Shown here piece by piece: positions 1 through 8,728 of a stretch of 64,000 nucleotides of DNA (position 1 is the stretch's first letter; each line of letters opens with the position of its first letter). Under the pieces are notes generated by a model. It was given only the letters and a program-made list of their open reading frames with translations, had not been told where the DNA came from and ran no database searches. This stretch comes from Planctomycetota bacterium (GTDB taxonomy: Bacteria; Planctomycetota; MHYJ01; WSZJ01). The DNA lies in contig JBBTCT010000006.1 in assembly GCA_038060895.1 (NCBI GenBank), forward strand, positions 60,600 through 124,599, written 5' to 3'. A program made the position numbers and the translations under genes.

Positions 1-645
1 GGCGTTCTCGCAGGACTGGTGCTCGCCGGCGTCGGGTTGCACTTCGCCGGGCTGCTCAATCTCCCGAAGGAAGTGCAGGAGCCGCTGGAGAATCTCAAGC
101 GCAAGGTTGAGACGGCGGTCAACAAGCCGAAGGAGGAAGACAAGAAGCCGGTTGAGAAGCCGCCGGAAGAGCGGCCGCGGAAGCCGCCGGACGAGAAGCC
201 GCCGGAGCCGAAGGCGCCGCCGACGGAGCCGTTCCCGGATTTCTCGAAGGAGAAGCCGTACGAGGTCCTGAAGGTGGAGGACGGGGCGACGATCGTCGTG
301 AAGGGGGAGACGAAGAACATCACCGTGCGGTTGCTGGGCGTGATCGTTGCGAAGCCCGGAGACCCGCCGGTTCACGGGACGCGCGACGGGAGCGAGACGC
401 GGGACTACGTGAAGGGGCTTTTGCCGAAGGGGTCGAAGATCCATCTCTTCTACGGGATGCTCGATTCGCCCAAGTGGCGCGCGGAGCGGGACGCGTACGG
501 GAGCGACCGGGCGTGGGTGTTCCTGGAGAAGGACGGGATGTTCTTGAATCTCGACCTGGTGAAGGGCGGCTACGCGCGGGTGGACGTGAGAGACGCGCGG
601 GAGTATGCGGATCTGCTGCAGTACTGGGCGGAGAAGGCGAAGTAG
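1..645 (+). CDS. Membrane-anchored protein with Pro/Glu/Lys-rich linker and C-terminal thermonuclease (SNase)-like domain; 5' end lies upstream of the window
   Basis: Frame open from base 1 (GVLAGLVLAGVGL TM helix); VLKVEDGATI..VRLLG..DAYG..LNLDLVKGGYARV follows the SNase fold pattern, with catalytic residues altered. Confidence 0.75.
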   Translation, partial: GVLAGLVLAGVGLHFAGLLNLPKEVQEPLENLKRKVETAVNKPKEEDKKPVEKPPEERPRKPPDEKPPEPKAPPTEPFPDFSKEKPYEVLKVEDGATIVVKGETKNITVRLLGVIVAKPGDPPVHGTRDGSETRDYVKGLLPKGSKIHLFYGMLDSPKWRAERDAYGSDRAWVFLEKDGMFLNLDLVKGGYARVDVRDAREYADLLQYWAEKAK

Positions 646-652
646 GGACGGC

Positions 653-1558
653 TCAGGTCTGGCGCTGCGCCTCGAGTTCTGACTTCGTCGCTTCCGGCAC
701 CACAAGCTTCACCTGCTGCGCGCCCATCTCGACGGTGAGCGGCAACATTTCGCCCGGGTCGCCGTCCACCTGCCAGGGCAGCGGGGTGTCCGCTTCGATG
801 AGGACCTTCTTCACGAGGAGATGCGTGGCGTCGGGCATCGCGCACGGGTCGCCTGCGAAGGCCTCGGCGAAGAGGCGGACGACGTTGAGTTTTCCCCAGG
901 CGCTGAAGACGAGGAGGTCGAGCGCGCCGTCGTTGACTTTTGCGTTTCGCGTGAAGGCGAGCGGGCCTCCGTAGCAGGGGAGGTTGCTGACGAGCACGTA
1001 GGAGCCGTCGGGGAGTTTTTTGCCGTCGGCGGTGACGCGGAAGCGCGGGGGTTCGTAATTGAAGATCGCGCGGAGGGACCAGGTGAAATATTCGCGCATC
1101 CGGATCGCGCCCGTGCGCTGGGCGTGGAAGTCGTGGACGACCTGCGCGTCGAAGCCGGCGGAGGCCATGAGGAGGAACTTGCGGCCGTTGGCGAGGCCGA
1201 CGTCCACGTTGACGGCGTGGCCCGCGTGAATGGTGTCGGCTCCGGAGCGGGGAGTTCGCGGCAGGCCGAACGTCTTGGCGAGGACGTTGGCGGTGCCGAC
1301 GGGGATCTGGCCGAGAGGCGGGGCGTTGTCGGGGAGGCCGTTCAGAATCTCGTTCACGGTCCCGTCGCCGCCGACGGCCACGACGCGGTCGAAGTCCGGG
1401 GCGCGCCCGGCAAATACCTTCGCGTCGCCGCGTTTTGACGTGAAGAGCGTCTCGGTGGCGTCTCCGAGCTCGCGCAGCCGCAGTTCGGTCTTCTCGGCGA
1501 CGCGCGCGCCGCGGCCACGGCCGCTGACAGGATTGGCGATGATGAGGATCTTCGGCAC
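653..1558 (-). CDS. Diacylglycerol/lipid kinase family protein (YegS/DagK/BmrU)
   Basis: IIANPVSGRG, GGDGTVNE, IPVGTANVLA, WQVDGD motifs; GTG start at 1558 chosen from the domain start and a TAGAAT box upstream. Confidence 0.92.
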   Translation of the reverse strand: MPKILIIANPVSGRGRGARVAEKTELRLRELGDATETLFTSKRGDAKVFAGRAPDFDRVVAVGGDGTVNEILNGLPDNAPPLGQIPVGTANVLAKTFGLPRTPRSGADTIHAGHAVNVDVGLANGRKFLLMASAGFDAQVVHDFHAQRTGAIRMREYFTWSLRAIFNYEPPRFRVTADGKKLPDGSYVLVSNLPCYGGPLAFTRNAKVNDGALDLLVFSAWGKLNVVRLFAEAFAGDPCAMPDATHLLVKKVLIEADTPLPWQVDGDPGEMLPLTVEMGAQQVKLVVPEATKSELEAQRQT

Positions 1559-1620
1559 GCGTGCGGATTCTACGGGCTGGAACAGTCGAATGCGCGGAAC
1601 GGGCGGGTAAGATCGCTTCC

Positions 1621-3492
1621 ATGCAGGTCCCACGGCTCATTGACGCGCCGCGTCAATTTCTCCTCTTCCTGTGCCTCGCGGCGGCCGCTTCCGCCGAGGA
1701 CGCCTCCCGCCCGCCCGCGTTCTTCGCCGACGGCGACCTCTCCGTCGCGGCAGCACGCGAACGCGCGAAGGAGAAACCGTGGAGCGACCGGCTCCCGGAC
1801 CTGAACGAATCGACGCACGGGAAGGCGCTTCTCTGGCTCCTGACAGGAGACGAAGAAGCAGCCAAGGCCGCGCTCGCGGACATGAAGGCCGCTTCCGTCG
1901 ACGACGGCTACGGGCTGAGCGAGCAGGGACCGATTCTCTGGCTGCCGCTGGCGCACGACTGGCTGCGGGACTGGAGCGGGTACTCGGCGGCGGACCGGAA
2001 GGAGACGGCGGGCAAGATCTCGAAAACGGCCGACGCGTGCGTAGAGTTTCTCAAGGGAACGGGGGACTCGGTGTGGCACACGTCGGCGCCGCGCGCGTGG
2101 ATGGGCGTCTCGCTTGCGGCCGCGGCGCTCGACAACCCGGCGTACCTGAAGTTCGCGCGCGAATACTTTGAGAGCGTCTATTCGCCCGCCATGGCCGCGC
2201 TCGACGGCGGGGCCGTCGCGGGACTGTCGTACGGCGTCTGCGAAGGCTTCGCGCCGGCCGCGCACGCGCTCTGGGCGCTGAAGTCGCGCGGCTACGACGG
2301 ATTCGCGTACGCGAAAGCGCACGGAGACTGGCTCGCGGCGCGGCTCGCGTACATGGCGCACTCGGCAGCGCCCGACCTCACGTGGCAGCGGTGGGGCGAT
2401 TGCGTCGCGGGGAGCCGGGCGTCGCTGAAGGAAGAAGCGCGCAACGTCGTGGACATGCTCGCGCTGGGGACGGGCGCGCCCGAGGGCGCGTGGCTTTCGA
2501 ACCGGGTCGCGGCGCGCTATACGTTGAACGCGGGTTACCACTCGTGCGTTCTGCCGGACTTTTTCGTCTTCGGCCGGACGTGGCCCGGCGACGACGCGGC
2601 GCCGGGGCGGTTTCGCCTTTTCGGCCGCGAGGCCATCGGCCAGGCCTTCTTCCGAAGCGGCTGGGACGACGACTCGACCGCCGTTTTCTTCAAGGCCGGC
2701 GATTACTTCGACAACCACGGCCACTTCGACCAGGGACACTTCACGATCTTCCGAAGCGGATGGCTCGCGCAGGATTCAGGCAACTACGGCGACTTCAACG
2801 CCGCGCACCGGCTGGAGTACGCGCGCAAGTCCATCGCGCACAACACCGTCGTCTTCGGCACCGACGCCGACGGCGGGCAGCGGATCGTGAACCGCCAGGA
2901 CTTCCAGGACCTCGGGGACTGGCAAAAGAAAAAGCGAGCGCACAATCTCGAGGGCGCGGACATTACGGGGTGGCACGTCGCGGAGGGGTGGGCCTACGTT
3001 TCGGCGAACCTCGCGCCGGGATACGACCCGAAAGTCGTGGGGGCGTTCGTGCGAGAACTGGTCTGGCTCGACGAGGGCGTCCTGATTGTCCACGACCGCA
3101 CGTCCTCGAAGGCCGCGCCGCGCTGGCTCCTGCACTCCACGCCGGAGCCGGCCATTGAAGGGAGCATGTTCACGATCACGACGGATGCCTCAAGGCTCAG
3201 CGGCCGCGTGCTGCTTCCCACGAAGCAGCGCGTCGCCAAGGTCGGCCCAGGCTGCCTCGTCGACGGGAAGGACTTCCCTCCGGACAAGACAGCGGACTAC
3301 GCGGTGCCCGGCGCCTGGCGGGTCGAGGTGTCGGGAGGCGTGGAGTTCCTGGTCGTTCTGGTCGTGAGTGACGCGAAAGCGGAGGCGACGGAAGCGACGA
3401 TCGTGAAGGACGGAGATGCGGTCGGCGTCGAAGTGGGAGGAAGGCGAGTTGTGTTCAGGAAGGACGGCGCGGCGCCCGTGACGGTCCGGTGA
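1621..3492 (+). CDS. Exported heparinase II/III-like polysaccharide lyase
   Basis: Signal peptide, alpha-helical N-domain, FFRSGW, NHGHFDQGHFTIF..LAQDSG, SIAHNTVV motifs. Confidence 0.8.
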   Translation: MQVPRLIDAPRQFLLFLCLAAAASAEDASRPPAFFADGDLSVAAARERAKEKPWSDRLPDLNESTHGKALLWLLTGDEEAAKAALADMKAASVDDGYGLSEQGPILWLPLAHDWLRDWSGYSAADRKETAGKISKTADACVEFLKGTGDSVWHTSAPRAWMGVSLAAAALDNPAYLKFAREYFESVYSPAMAALDGGAVAGLSYGVCEGFAPAAHALWALKSRGYDGFAYAKAHGDWLAARLAYMAHSAAPDLTWQRWGDCVAGSRASLKEEARNVVDMLALGTGAPEGAWLSNRVAARYTLNAGYHSCVLPDFFVFGRTWPGDDAAPGRFRLFGREAIGQAFFRSGWDDDSTAVFFKAGDYFDNHGHFDQGHFTIFRSGWLAQDSGNYGDFNAAHRLEYARKSIAHNTVVFGTDADGGQRIVNRQDFQDLGDWQKKKRAHNLEGADITGWHVAEGWAYVSANLAPGYDPKVVGAFVRELVWLDEGVLIVHDRTSSKAAPRWLLHSTPEPAIEGSMFTITTDASRLSGRVLLPTKQRVAKVGPGCLVDGKDFPPDKTADYAVPGAWRVEVSGGVEFLVVLVVSDAKAEATEATIVKDGDAVGVEVGGRRVVFRKDGAAPVTVR

Positions 3493-3501
3493 GAAAATGT
3501 C

Positions 3502-4200
3502 CTACTCGAGACGCTTGCCCCTTTCCCGAAGCAAGAGCCGAAGCAATTTGAGTTCCTTCTTCCCGGCCTGCTTCCTTGTTTCTGCGACCTGCGTCTTCAT
3601 TTCCCGTTTCTTCTCCTGGCCGGGCTGCCAGGCAGGGTCTGGAATCTCCGTGATCACGGTGCGGCAGACGTACCAGATGCCGCGAATCCGGCTGAACACG
3701 TGCATCGGGCCGTCGATTTCCACTTCATCCGGGTTCGGCGCCGGTTTCGATTTCCGCCCGAAGCGGGGCCTGAGCTGGAAGCAGAGGAGTCCGGTGCGGG
3801 GATGCACGTAGTACTCGGGCGGATAGGACCCGAGCAAAGAGCCCTTCGCCCTCCAGAAGCCATCCGGCCGCTTCTCGACATGAAGCGCCACCCATCCGAT
3901 CCGCCCGCAGATGTGCTCGATGACATGGGCATGGGTCGTTCTCCGCTTGTCGAAGGTCTGGCAGAGCTCGGAGTACACCTTGCTCCAGGGCCGGCCAACC
4001 TGCTTGCGCGTCCACCTGAGAACCGGACCGAGAAGATCCGAGAACATCTTGGTGCGGAGCTTCCCCCGTCCATCCTTCGTCGGGATGTTGTATTCGGCCT
4101 CAGGGCCTTCCCAGCGCACGGACATGCCGGTCTTCGCGTTCGGGTCCCGGTGGCCCCAGCGCGGGCGTTCCGTGATGACCTTGCCCATGTCGGCTCTCAT
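3502..4200 (-). CDS. Basic conserved hypothetical protein (MRxDMxKVIxERPR type)
   Basis: Protein-like frame from ATG 4200; LRWTRKQVGRPWSKVYSELC and YYVHPRTGLLC blocks; very Arg/Lys rich. Confidence 0.7.
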   Translation of the reverse strand: MRADMGKVITERPRWGHRDPNAKTGMSVRWEGPEAEYNIPTKDGRGKLRTKMFSDLLGPVLRWTRKQVGRPWSKVYSELCQTFDKRRTTHAHVIEHICGRIGWVALHVEKRPDGFWRAKGSLLGSYPPEYYVHPRTGLLCFQLRPRFGRKSKPAPNPDEVEIDGPMHVFSRIRGIWYVCRTVITEIPDPAWQPGQEKKREMKTQVAETRKQAGKKELKLLRLLLRERGKRLE

Positions 4201-4275
4201 GGGTTTTCTAACACCCCGGGCAGGCTGCGGGTTCAGAGAGGGACTTCCGTGGCCAATCGATTTACGATGCGCCCC

Positions 4276-4995
4276 ATGATCCGCATCGCGCGAGCCTCCG
4301 AAATCCCCCACTACGCCGACATCGAGCGCCTGCAGAAGGAAGTCTGGCAGTTCGAGGACCGGGAGATCATCCCGCGCAACGAGCTCATCACGATCGCGCG
4401 TAACGGCGGCCTGGTGCTCGGTGCGTGGGACGACGAAGCGATGGTCGGGTTCGTCTTCGGGTTCCTGGGGCTGGACGGGAAGCGGCTCCAGCACGCTTCC
4501 CGGATGGTCGCGGTCCTGCCCGAGTACCGGAACACGGGAGTCGGGCGAAAGCTCAAGGAAGCCCAGAGGAGAGCCGTGCTGCGCCAGGGTGTCTCGCTCA
4601 TGACGTGGACCTTCGACCCGCTTCAGTCCCGCAACGCCTTCTTCAACATGGCGGTCCTGGGCGGGACGGCGCGCGACTACATCGTCGACGCGTACGGGCC
4701 GTCGACGTCCGTCTTCAATCGCGGGCTCCCGACGGACCGCCTCCTCCTGCGATGGGAGCTCAAGAAGCCGCGCGGGCGGAAATACTCGCTCGCCGAGGCG
4801 AAGGCGCGCAAGACCGTCGCGGTCCCCGTGGACGTGAACTCGCTGATGAAATCCGACCCGGCGCGCGTTTCCGCCGAGCGCCTGCGCGTCCGGCGCGAGC
4901 TGATGACGGCGTTCCGCGCGGGGTGGGAAATCGCGGGGTTCGCGAGCGACGGGACGACCGAGAGTCTCTACGTCCTCGGGAGAAAGCGGCGATGA
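4276..4995 (+). CDS. GNAT-family N-acetyltransferase (COG3375 type)
   Basis: VLPEYRNTGVGRKLK acetyl-CoA motif, WTFDPLQSRNAFFN, PTDRL; ATG 4276 lies 7 nt after TACGAT (alternative starts 4267, 4249). Confidence 0.85.
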   Translation: MIRIARASEIPHYADIERLQKEVWQFEDREIIPRNELITIARNGGLVLGAWDDEAMVGFVFGFLGLDGKRLQHASRMVAVLPEYRNTGVGRKLKEAQRRAVLRQGVSLMTWTFDPLQSRNAFFNMAVLGGTARDYIVDAYGPSTSVFNRGLPTDRLLLRWELKKPRGRKYSLAEAKARKTVAVPVDVNSLMKSDPARVSAERLRVRRELMTAFRAGWEIAGFASDGTTESLYVLGRKRR

Positions 4996-5795
4996 AGTGG
5001 GGCACGGTCTACGCCACCGGCAGCGCGGGTGTCGAGTTCTACGATGCCTTCCACGAGCCGTCGCATGTCCCCGCCATGAAGGGCGACATTGCGTTCTACA
5101 TCGGTTGCGCGCGCCGTTTCGGCGGGCCCGTGCTCGAACTCGCCGCGGGCACCGGCCGGGTGGCGCTTCCCATGGCCCAGGCCGGATTCGACGTGACGGG
5201 CATCGACTTTTCGCCCGGGATGGTGAAGCGGGCGAAGGAAAAGGCGGCGAAGGCGGGGCTGAAGGGACCCATCCGCTTTCTCAAGGGGGACATGACGCGG
5301 TTCAACCTGCGCCGGAAGTTCGGGTTCATCTTCATCGCGTTCCGCTCCTTCCAGTCGATTCACACTCCCGCCGGGCAGCGTGCGTGCCTTTCGTGCATCC
5401 GCCGGCACCTGGCGCCGGGTGGCCGGCTGGCGGTGAATCTTTTCGACCCGAGGCTCGAGTACTGCCTTCCGGGCCGAAGCGAAGTCATCAGCCGGTACCG
5501 AAAAGCGGTGGATCGCGCGACGGGAAAGGTGTGCCGGCTGGAGGTTGAGGAGCGGAACAACGACGCGCTGCGGCAGATCCTGACGGAGAAGTGGCATTTC
5601 CAGGTTCGGGACCGGCGCGGAAAGCTGTTGCGGGAAGACGACCGGTGGCTCTCGATCCGGTGGACGTACCGGTGGGAGATGGCCCACCTGCTGGAACTGT
5701 GCGGGTTCGAAGTGGATGCGTGTTATGGAGATTTCATGAAGGGGCCGCCGCGGTACGGGGCGGAGCAAATTTGGGTGGCGAGGCCCGCGCTATGA
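4992..5795 (+). CDS. Class I SAM-dependent methyltransferase
   Basis: VLELAAGTGRV motif I, GIDFSPGM, GDMTRF; ATGA overlap with the GNAT stop. Confidence 0.9.
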   Translation: MKWGTVYATGSAGVEFYDAFHEPSHVPAMKGDIAFYIGCARRFGGPVLELAAGTGRVALPMAQAGFDVTGIDFSPGMVKRAKEKAAKAGLKGPIRFLKGDMTRFNLRRKFGFIFIAFRSFQSIHTPAGQRACLSCIRRHLAPGGRLAVNLFDPRLEYCLPGRSEVISRYRKAVDRATGKVCRLEVEERNNDALRQILTEKWHFQVRDRRGKLLREDDRWLSIRWTYRWEMAHLLELCGFEVDACYGDFMKGPPRYGAEQIWVARPAL

Positions 5796-5962
5796 CGGGG
5801 CCCGGCACGGGTTGCCCGGCCGGGATTTCGGGCCTCTGAGAAGCGAGAAACTGTCCTCTTGAGCGTCTGAAATCAGGACGGTTGTCTCCATTCCAGGTGC
5901 CGCTCAACCCGCGTGTTTTATGCAACATATTGTCGCATAAGTACTTACAAAAAACACAAGAG

Positions 5963-5978
5963 TGGCACGAGGGTTGCT
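5963..5978 (+). promoter_or_regulatory. sigma54 (RpoN) -24/-12 promoter
   Basis: TGGCAC-GAGGG-TTGCT is a perfect consensus; AT-rich IHF-like tract at about 5915-5958 upstream. Confidence 0.85.
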
Positions 5979-6032
5979 CTAATCCTACTCCGTCAGAATC
6001 AAAACAAGACCGACCCAAACGGAGATAAGACC

Positions 6033-6341
6033 ATGAGAAGCCTCCTTTCACTCGTCACCCTGGCCGCGATCGTCCTCGGCGTCTATCACTTCTACGGCCA
6101 GTCGTTCAACCCGAAGCCGCTCGCCGACAAGCTCCAGAACGACCCGATCCTCAACCCGAATCACCCCGAGATCCAGGACAGCGCCCGCACGCTCAACTTC
6201 ATCCAGCACGAGGCGGAGATGAAGCTGGCCGAAGCGAAGCGCCTGGCTGACGAGGCGCTCGCGCAGCCGGAAGCGGCGGCCAAGCGGGTGAAGGACGCCG
6301 TGACGGCCGTTCGGTCGAAGCCCGCGAACAGCTCGAACTAG
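6033..6341 (+). CDS. Small exported/membrane-anchored hypothetical protein
   Basis: GGAG RBS, N-terminal hydrophobic helix, C-terminal coiled segment; lies directly behind the sigma54 promoter. Confidence 0.8.
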   Translation: MRSLLSLVTLAAIVLGVYHFYGQSFNPKPLADKLQNDPILNPNHPEIQDSARTLNFIQHEAEMKLAEAKRLADEALAQPEAAAKRVKDAVTAVRSKPANSSN

Positions 6342-6360
6342 GCCCGACCCGACTCGAATC

Positions 6361-6390
6361 CAGGCGCCGCGGGACAACCTGCGGCGCCTG
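6361..6390. terminator. Hairpin terminator between convergent genes
   Basis: CAGGCGCCGCGGG-ACAA-CCTGCGGCGCCTG. Confidence 0.65.
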
Positions 6391-6392
6391 TC

Positions 6393-7274
6393 TTATTGGG
6401 TGAGGAAGTGCATCAGAACGCCGCTGATCGCGCCGAGCACGCCGCCCCAGACCTCCAGCCAGCCGAGATGCTCGCTCGTCGCCCGCAGGACCAGCTCCTT
6501 GATCTGCTTATCGGTGTACCCGTCCAGGTTGCCCTTCACGATCGTCTCGACGTCGATCCGCGCCAGCGTCGCCTCGAGCATCCCTTCAGCCATCGGGCGC
6601 AACCGTTCCTCGAGCGCCTTCGCTTCCACGCTCCCCGCCGCAGGGACGCGTTCGGCGAGCTCGCGAATTCTCGCCTTGGCATCCGGGTCGCTCGGCAGAT
6701 CCGTGAGAAACGCGTGCGCCGTGTCCACGATGGCATTGCCGACCGCGTCGGGATCGACCAGCGCGCGCGCGAAAAAGCCCTTCTCCCGGATTCCGTCCGC
6801 CAGGCGCCGCCGCAACTGTTCACGGACGCGCGGACTGCGGACCATCTCGCGCCCGCGGGACGAAACTTCCTCGAGAATCTTGCCTACCATCGTGTCGTCC
6901 GATGAAGCGCGCCGCAGGCGGTCGCGCGCAACCTCCACCAGCGCGGCCACAAAGTCGCTCTTCAGCACCTGCTCCTTGAGCGCTCCCGGCTGCACCAGCT
7001 TGTTCGCGACCGAGTGCGAAATCGCGGCGATCAGCGCTTCGCGTTTGGCCGGGATGACCCCCGTGAACGGAATTGGGATGCCGAGGATCCTGAAGCGATC
7101 GAAGAGCATCCGGATGGCGACGGCGTTCGTGCCCCATCCGACGAAGGCTGCGCTGCCCACAAGGAACACCGCGCGCTTCCAGGGTTCCGGCAGGGCGAAG
7201 GAAATCCCTGCCAGCGCGGCGCTTACGATGCCCGTCACAGGTCCCTTCCAGTCCGCTTTCCGGGTGTCGCTCAA
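6393..7274 (-). CDS. DUF445 family membrane protein
   Basis: VGWGTNAVAIRMLF..TGVIPAKRE and C-terminal EHLGWLEVWGGVLG motifs. Confidence 0.85.
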   Translation of the reverse strand: MSDTRKADWKGPVTGIVSAALAGISFALPEPWKRAVFLVGSAAFVGWGTNAVAIRMLFDRFRILGIPIPFTGVIPAKREALIAAISHSVANKLVQPGALKEQVLKSDFVAALVEVARDRLRRASSDDTMVGKILEEVSSRGREMVRSPRVREQLRRRLADGIREKGFFARALVDPDAVGNAIVDTAHAFLTDLPSDPDAKARIRELAERVPAAGSVEAKALEERLRPMAEGMLEATLARIDVETIVKGNLDGYTDKQIKELVLRATSEHLGWLEVWGGVLGAISGVLMHFLTQ

Positions 7275-7357
7275 GGCCAGCCAAAAATATCAGAATTCGT
7301 CAAGAAACCGAAAATTTGTCGAATATGCCGGGGGCGCTTGAGCGTTAAAATACAGGA

Positions 7358-7555
7358 AGTACGGGAAGGCGAACGAGCCTTCCCCCCAACATTGAAAATC
7401 GGGCTGTGCAGGACCGGGAGTCTCACCCCCTCTCAATACCCCCAACGTTCCCTCCCAATTTGCCATCGCAGAGGCTTCCGGTCCGCCAGCTCCACGCCCC
7501 GTATTTGCGGGGTTCAAAAGGCGGCGGCCCCCCCGGGCTGCCGCCACTTTTGTTT
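7358..7555 (+). ncRNA. Putative structured sRNA/leader with C-rich loop and intrinsic terminator
   Basis: TAAAAT at 7346-7351; hairpin GGGAAGGC/GCCTTCCC; 14-bp stem 7411-7424/7471-7484 closing a C-rich loop; CCCCG/CGGGG hairpin; 11-bp terminator stem 7520-7545 plus T tract. Confidence 0.55.
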
Positions 7556-7646
7556 GCCGCGGCCGATTTGACCGGTGGCATCGTTCGTACAAGAGGCGGG
7601 TGACGCGCCTTCCATTTGCAGTCAAAATGGGATTCGAGGGGGAACC

Positions 7647-8597
7647 ATGGCCACGAAACGCGATTACTACGAAGTCCTCGGCGTCGCCAAAACCGCGACC
7701 GACGACGACATCAAGAAGGCGTTCCGCAAGCTGGCGCGGCGCTACCACCCGGACGTCAATCCCGGGGACAAGACCGCTGAAACCAAGTTCAAGGAGATTG
7801 CCGAGGCTTACGAGGTGCTCTCCGACAAGAAGAAGCGGGAAACCTACGACCGCTTCGGCCATGCCGCCCCGCAAGCGAGCGGCCCCGGCGGCTTCCCGGG
7901 AGGGTTTCCCGGCGGCGGACAGCCGTTTGAGTACCGCTTCGACGGCGACCCCTCCCAGTTCTCGTCCTTCGAGGACCTTTTCTCCGGCCTCTTCGGCGGC
8001 GGCGGCCGCCGGCGTCGCGGCGGCTCGCCGTTCGGGACGGCCATCGCGGAGGACGGCGAGGACATCCTGGCCGAGATGGAAATCGATTTCATGGAAGCGC
8101 TTCGCGGCGTCGTGAAAGTGCTGACGCTCGAGTCGTCGAGCGGGCGCGAGACGGTGAAAGTGAAGGTCCCGGCGGGAATTGGCGATGGCCAGAAGATCCG
8201 GCTGGCGGGGAAGGGGCATCCCGGGACTTCGGGAGGGGAGCCCGGCGACCTCTATATCAAGCTGAGCGTGAGGCCGCACCCGGTGCTCGGGCGGGACGGC
8301 GCGAATCTGACGATGGACGTGCCCGTGACCGTCGGCGAAGCGATCAACGGTGCGGCCATCGACGTTCCGACTCCGTGGGGGGACGTGAAGCTGAAAGTCC
8401 CGGCGGGCGTCAAAACCGGCCAGTCGCTGCGGCTGCGCGGCATGGGTGCGCCGATTCCCGGCCAGGACGTGAAGGGCGACATGCACGTGAAACTGAAGAT
8501 CGTGCTCCCGGAGAATGCGACACCGGAGGCGAAAGCCGCCGCGCAGGTCATCGACAAGGCGTACAGCGGATCCGTGCGCTCCGGGTTGAAGTTCTAG
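7647..8597 (+). CDS. cbpA: DnaJ class B co-chaperone (CbpA-like, no Zn finger)
   Basis: [15 protein letters not shown] domain, G/F-rich linker, DnaJ C-terminal domains without CxxCxGxG repeats. Confidence 0.88.
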   Translation: MATKRDYYEVLGVAKTATDDDIKKAFRKLARRYHPDVNPGDKTAETKFKEIAEAYEVLSDKKKRETYDRFGHAAPQASGPGGFPGGFPGGGQPFEYRFDGDPSQFSSFEDLFSGLFGGGGRRRRGGSPFGTAIAEDGEDILAEMEIDFMEALRGVVKVLTLESSSGRETVKVKVPAGIGDGQKIRLAGKGHPGTSGGEPGDLYIKLSVRPHPVLGRDGANLTMDVPVTVGEAINGAAIDVPTPWGDVKLKVPAGVKTGQSLRLRGMGAPIPGQDVKGDMHVKLKIVLPENATPEAKAAAQVIDKAYSGSVRSGLKF

Positions 8598-8700
8598 GCC
8601 GCCCCGCGAAGCCGCGTCTCTGCAGGGCCTGCCGGCCAGAAATTGAGAGAAGCGCCGGAGCGATCGCCCCGGCGCCTCTCGCCTCTCTGACTTGACACTG

Positions 8701-8728
8701 CTCAATCCTCAACACTCAAGACTCTCAA
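8701..8728. repeat. Four CTC-initiated heptads abutting the flotillin stop
   Basis: CTCAATC CTCAACA CTCAAGA CTCTCAA. Confidence 0.6.

Noticed and set aside
7275-7646. CIRCE/HrcA operator upstream of the DnaJ-like gene
   Set aside because: No TTAGCACTC-N9-GAGTGCTAA match
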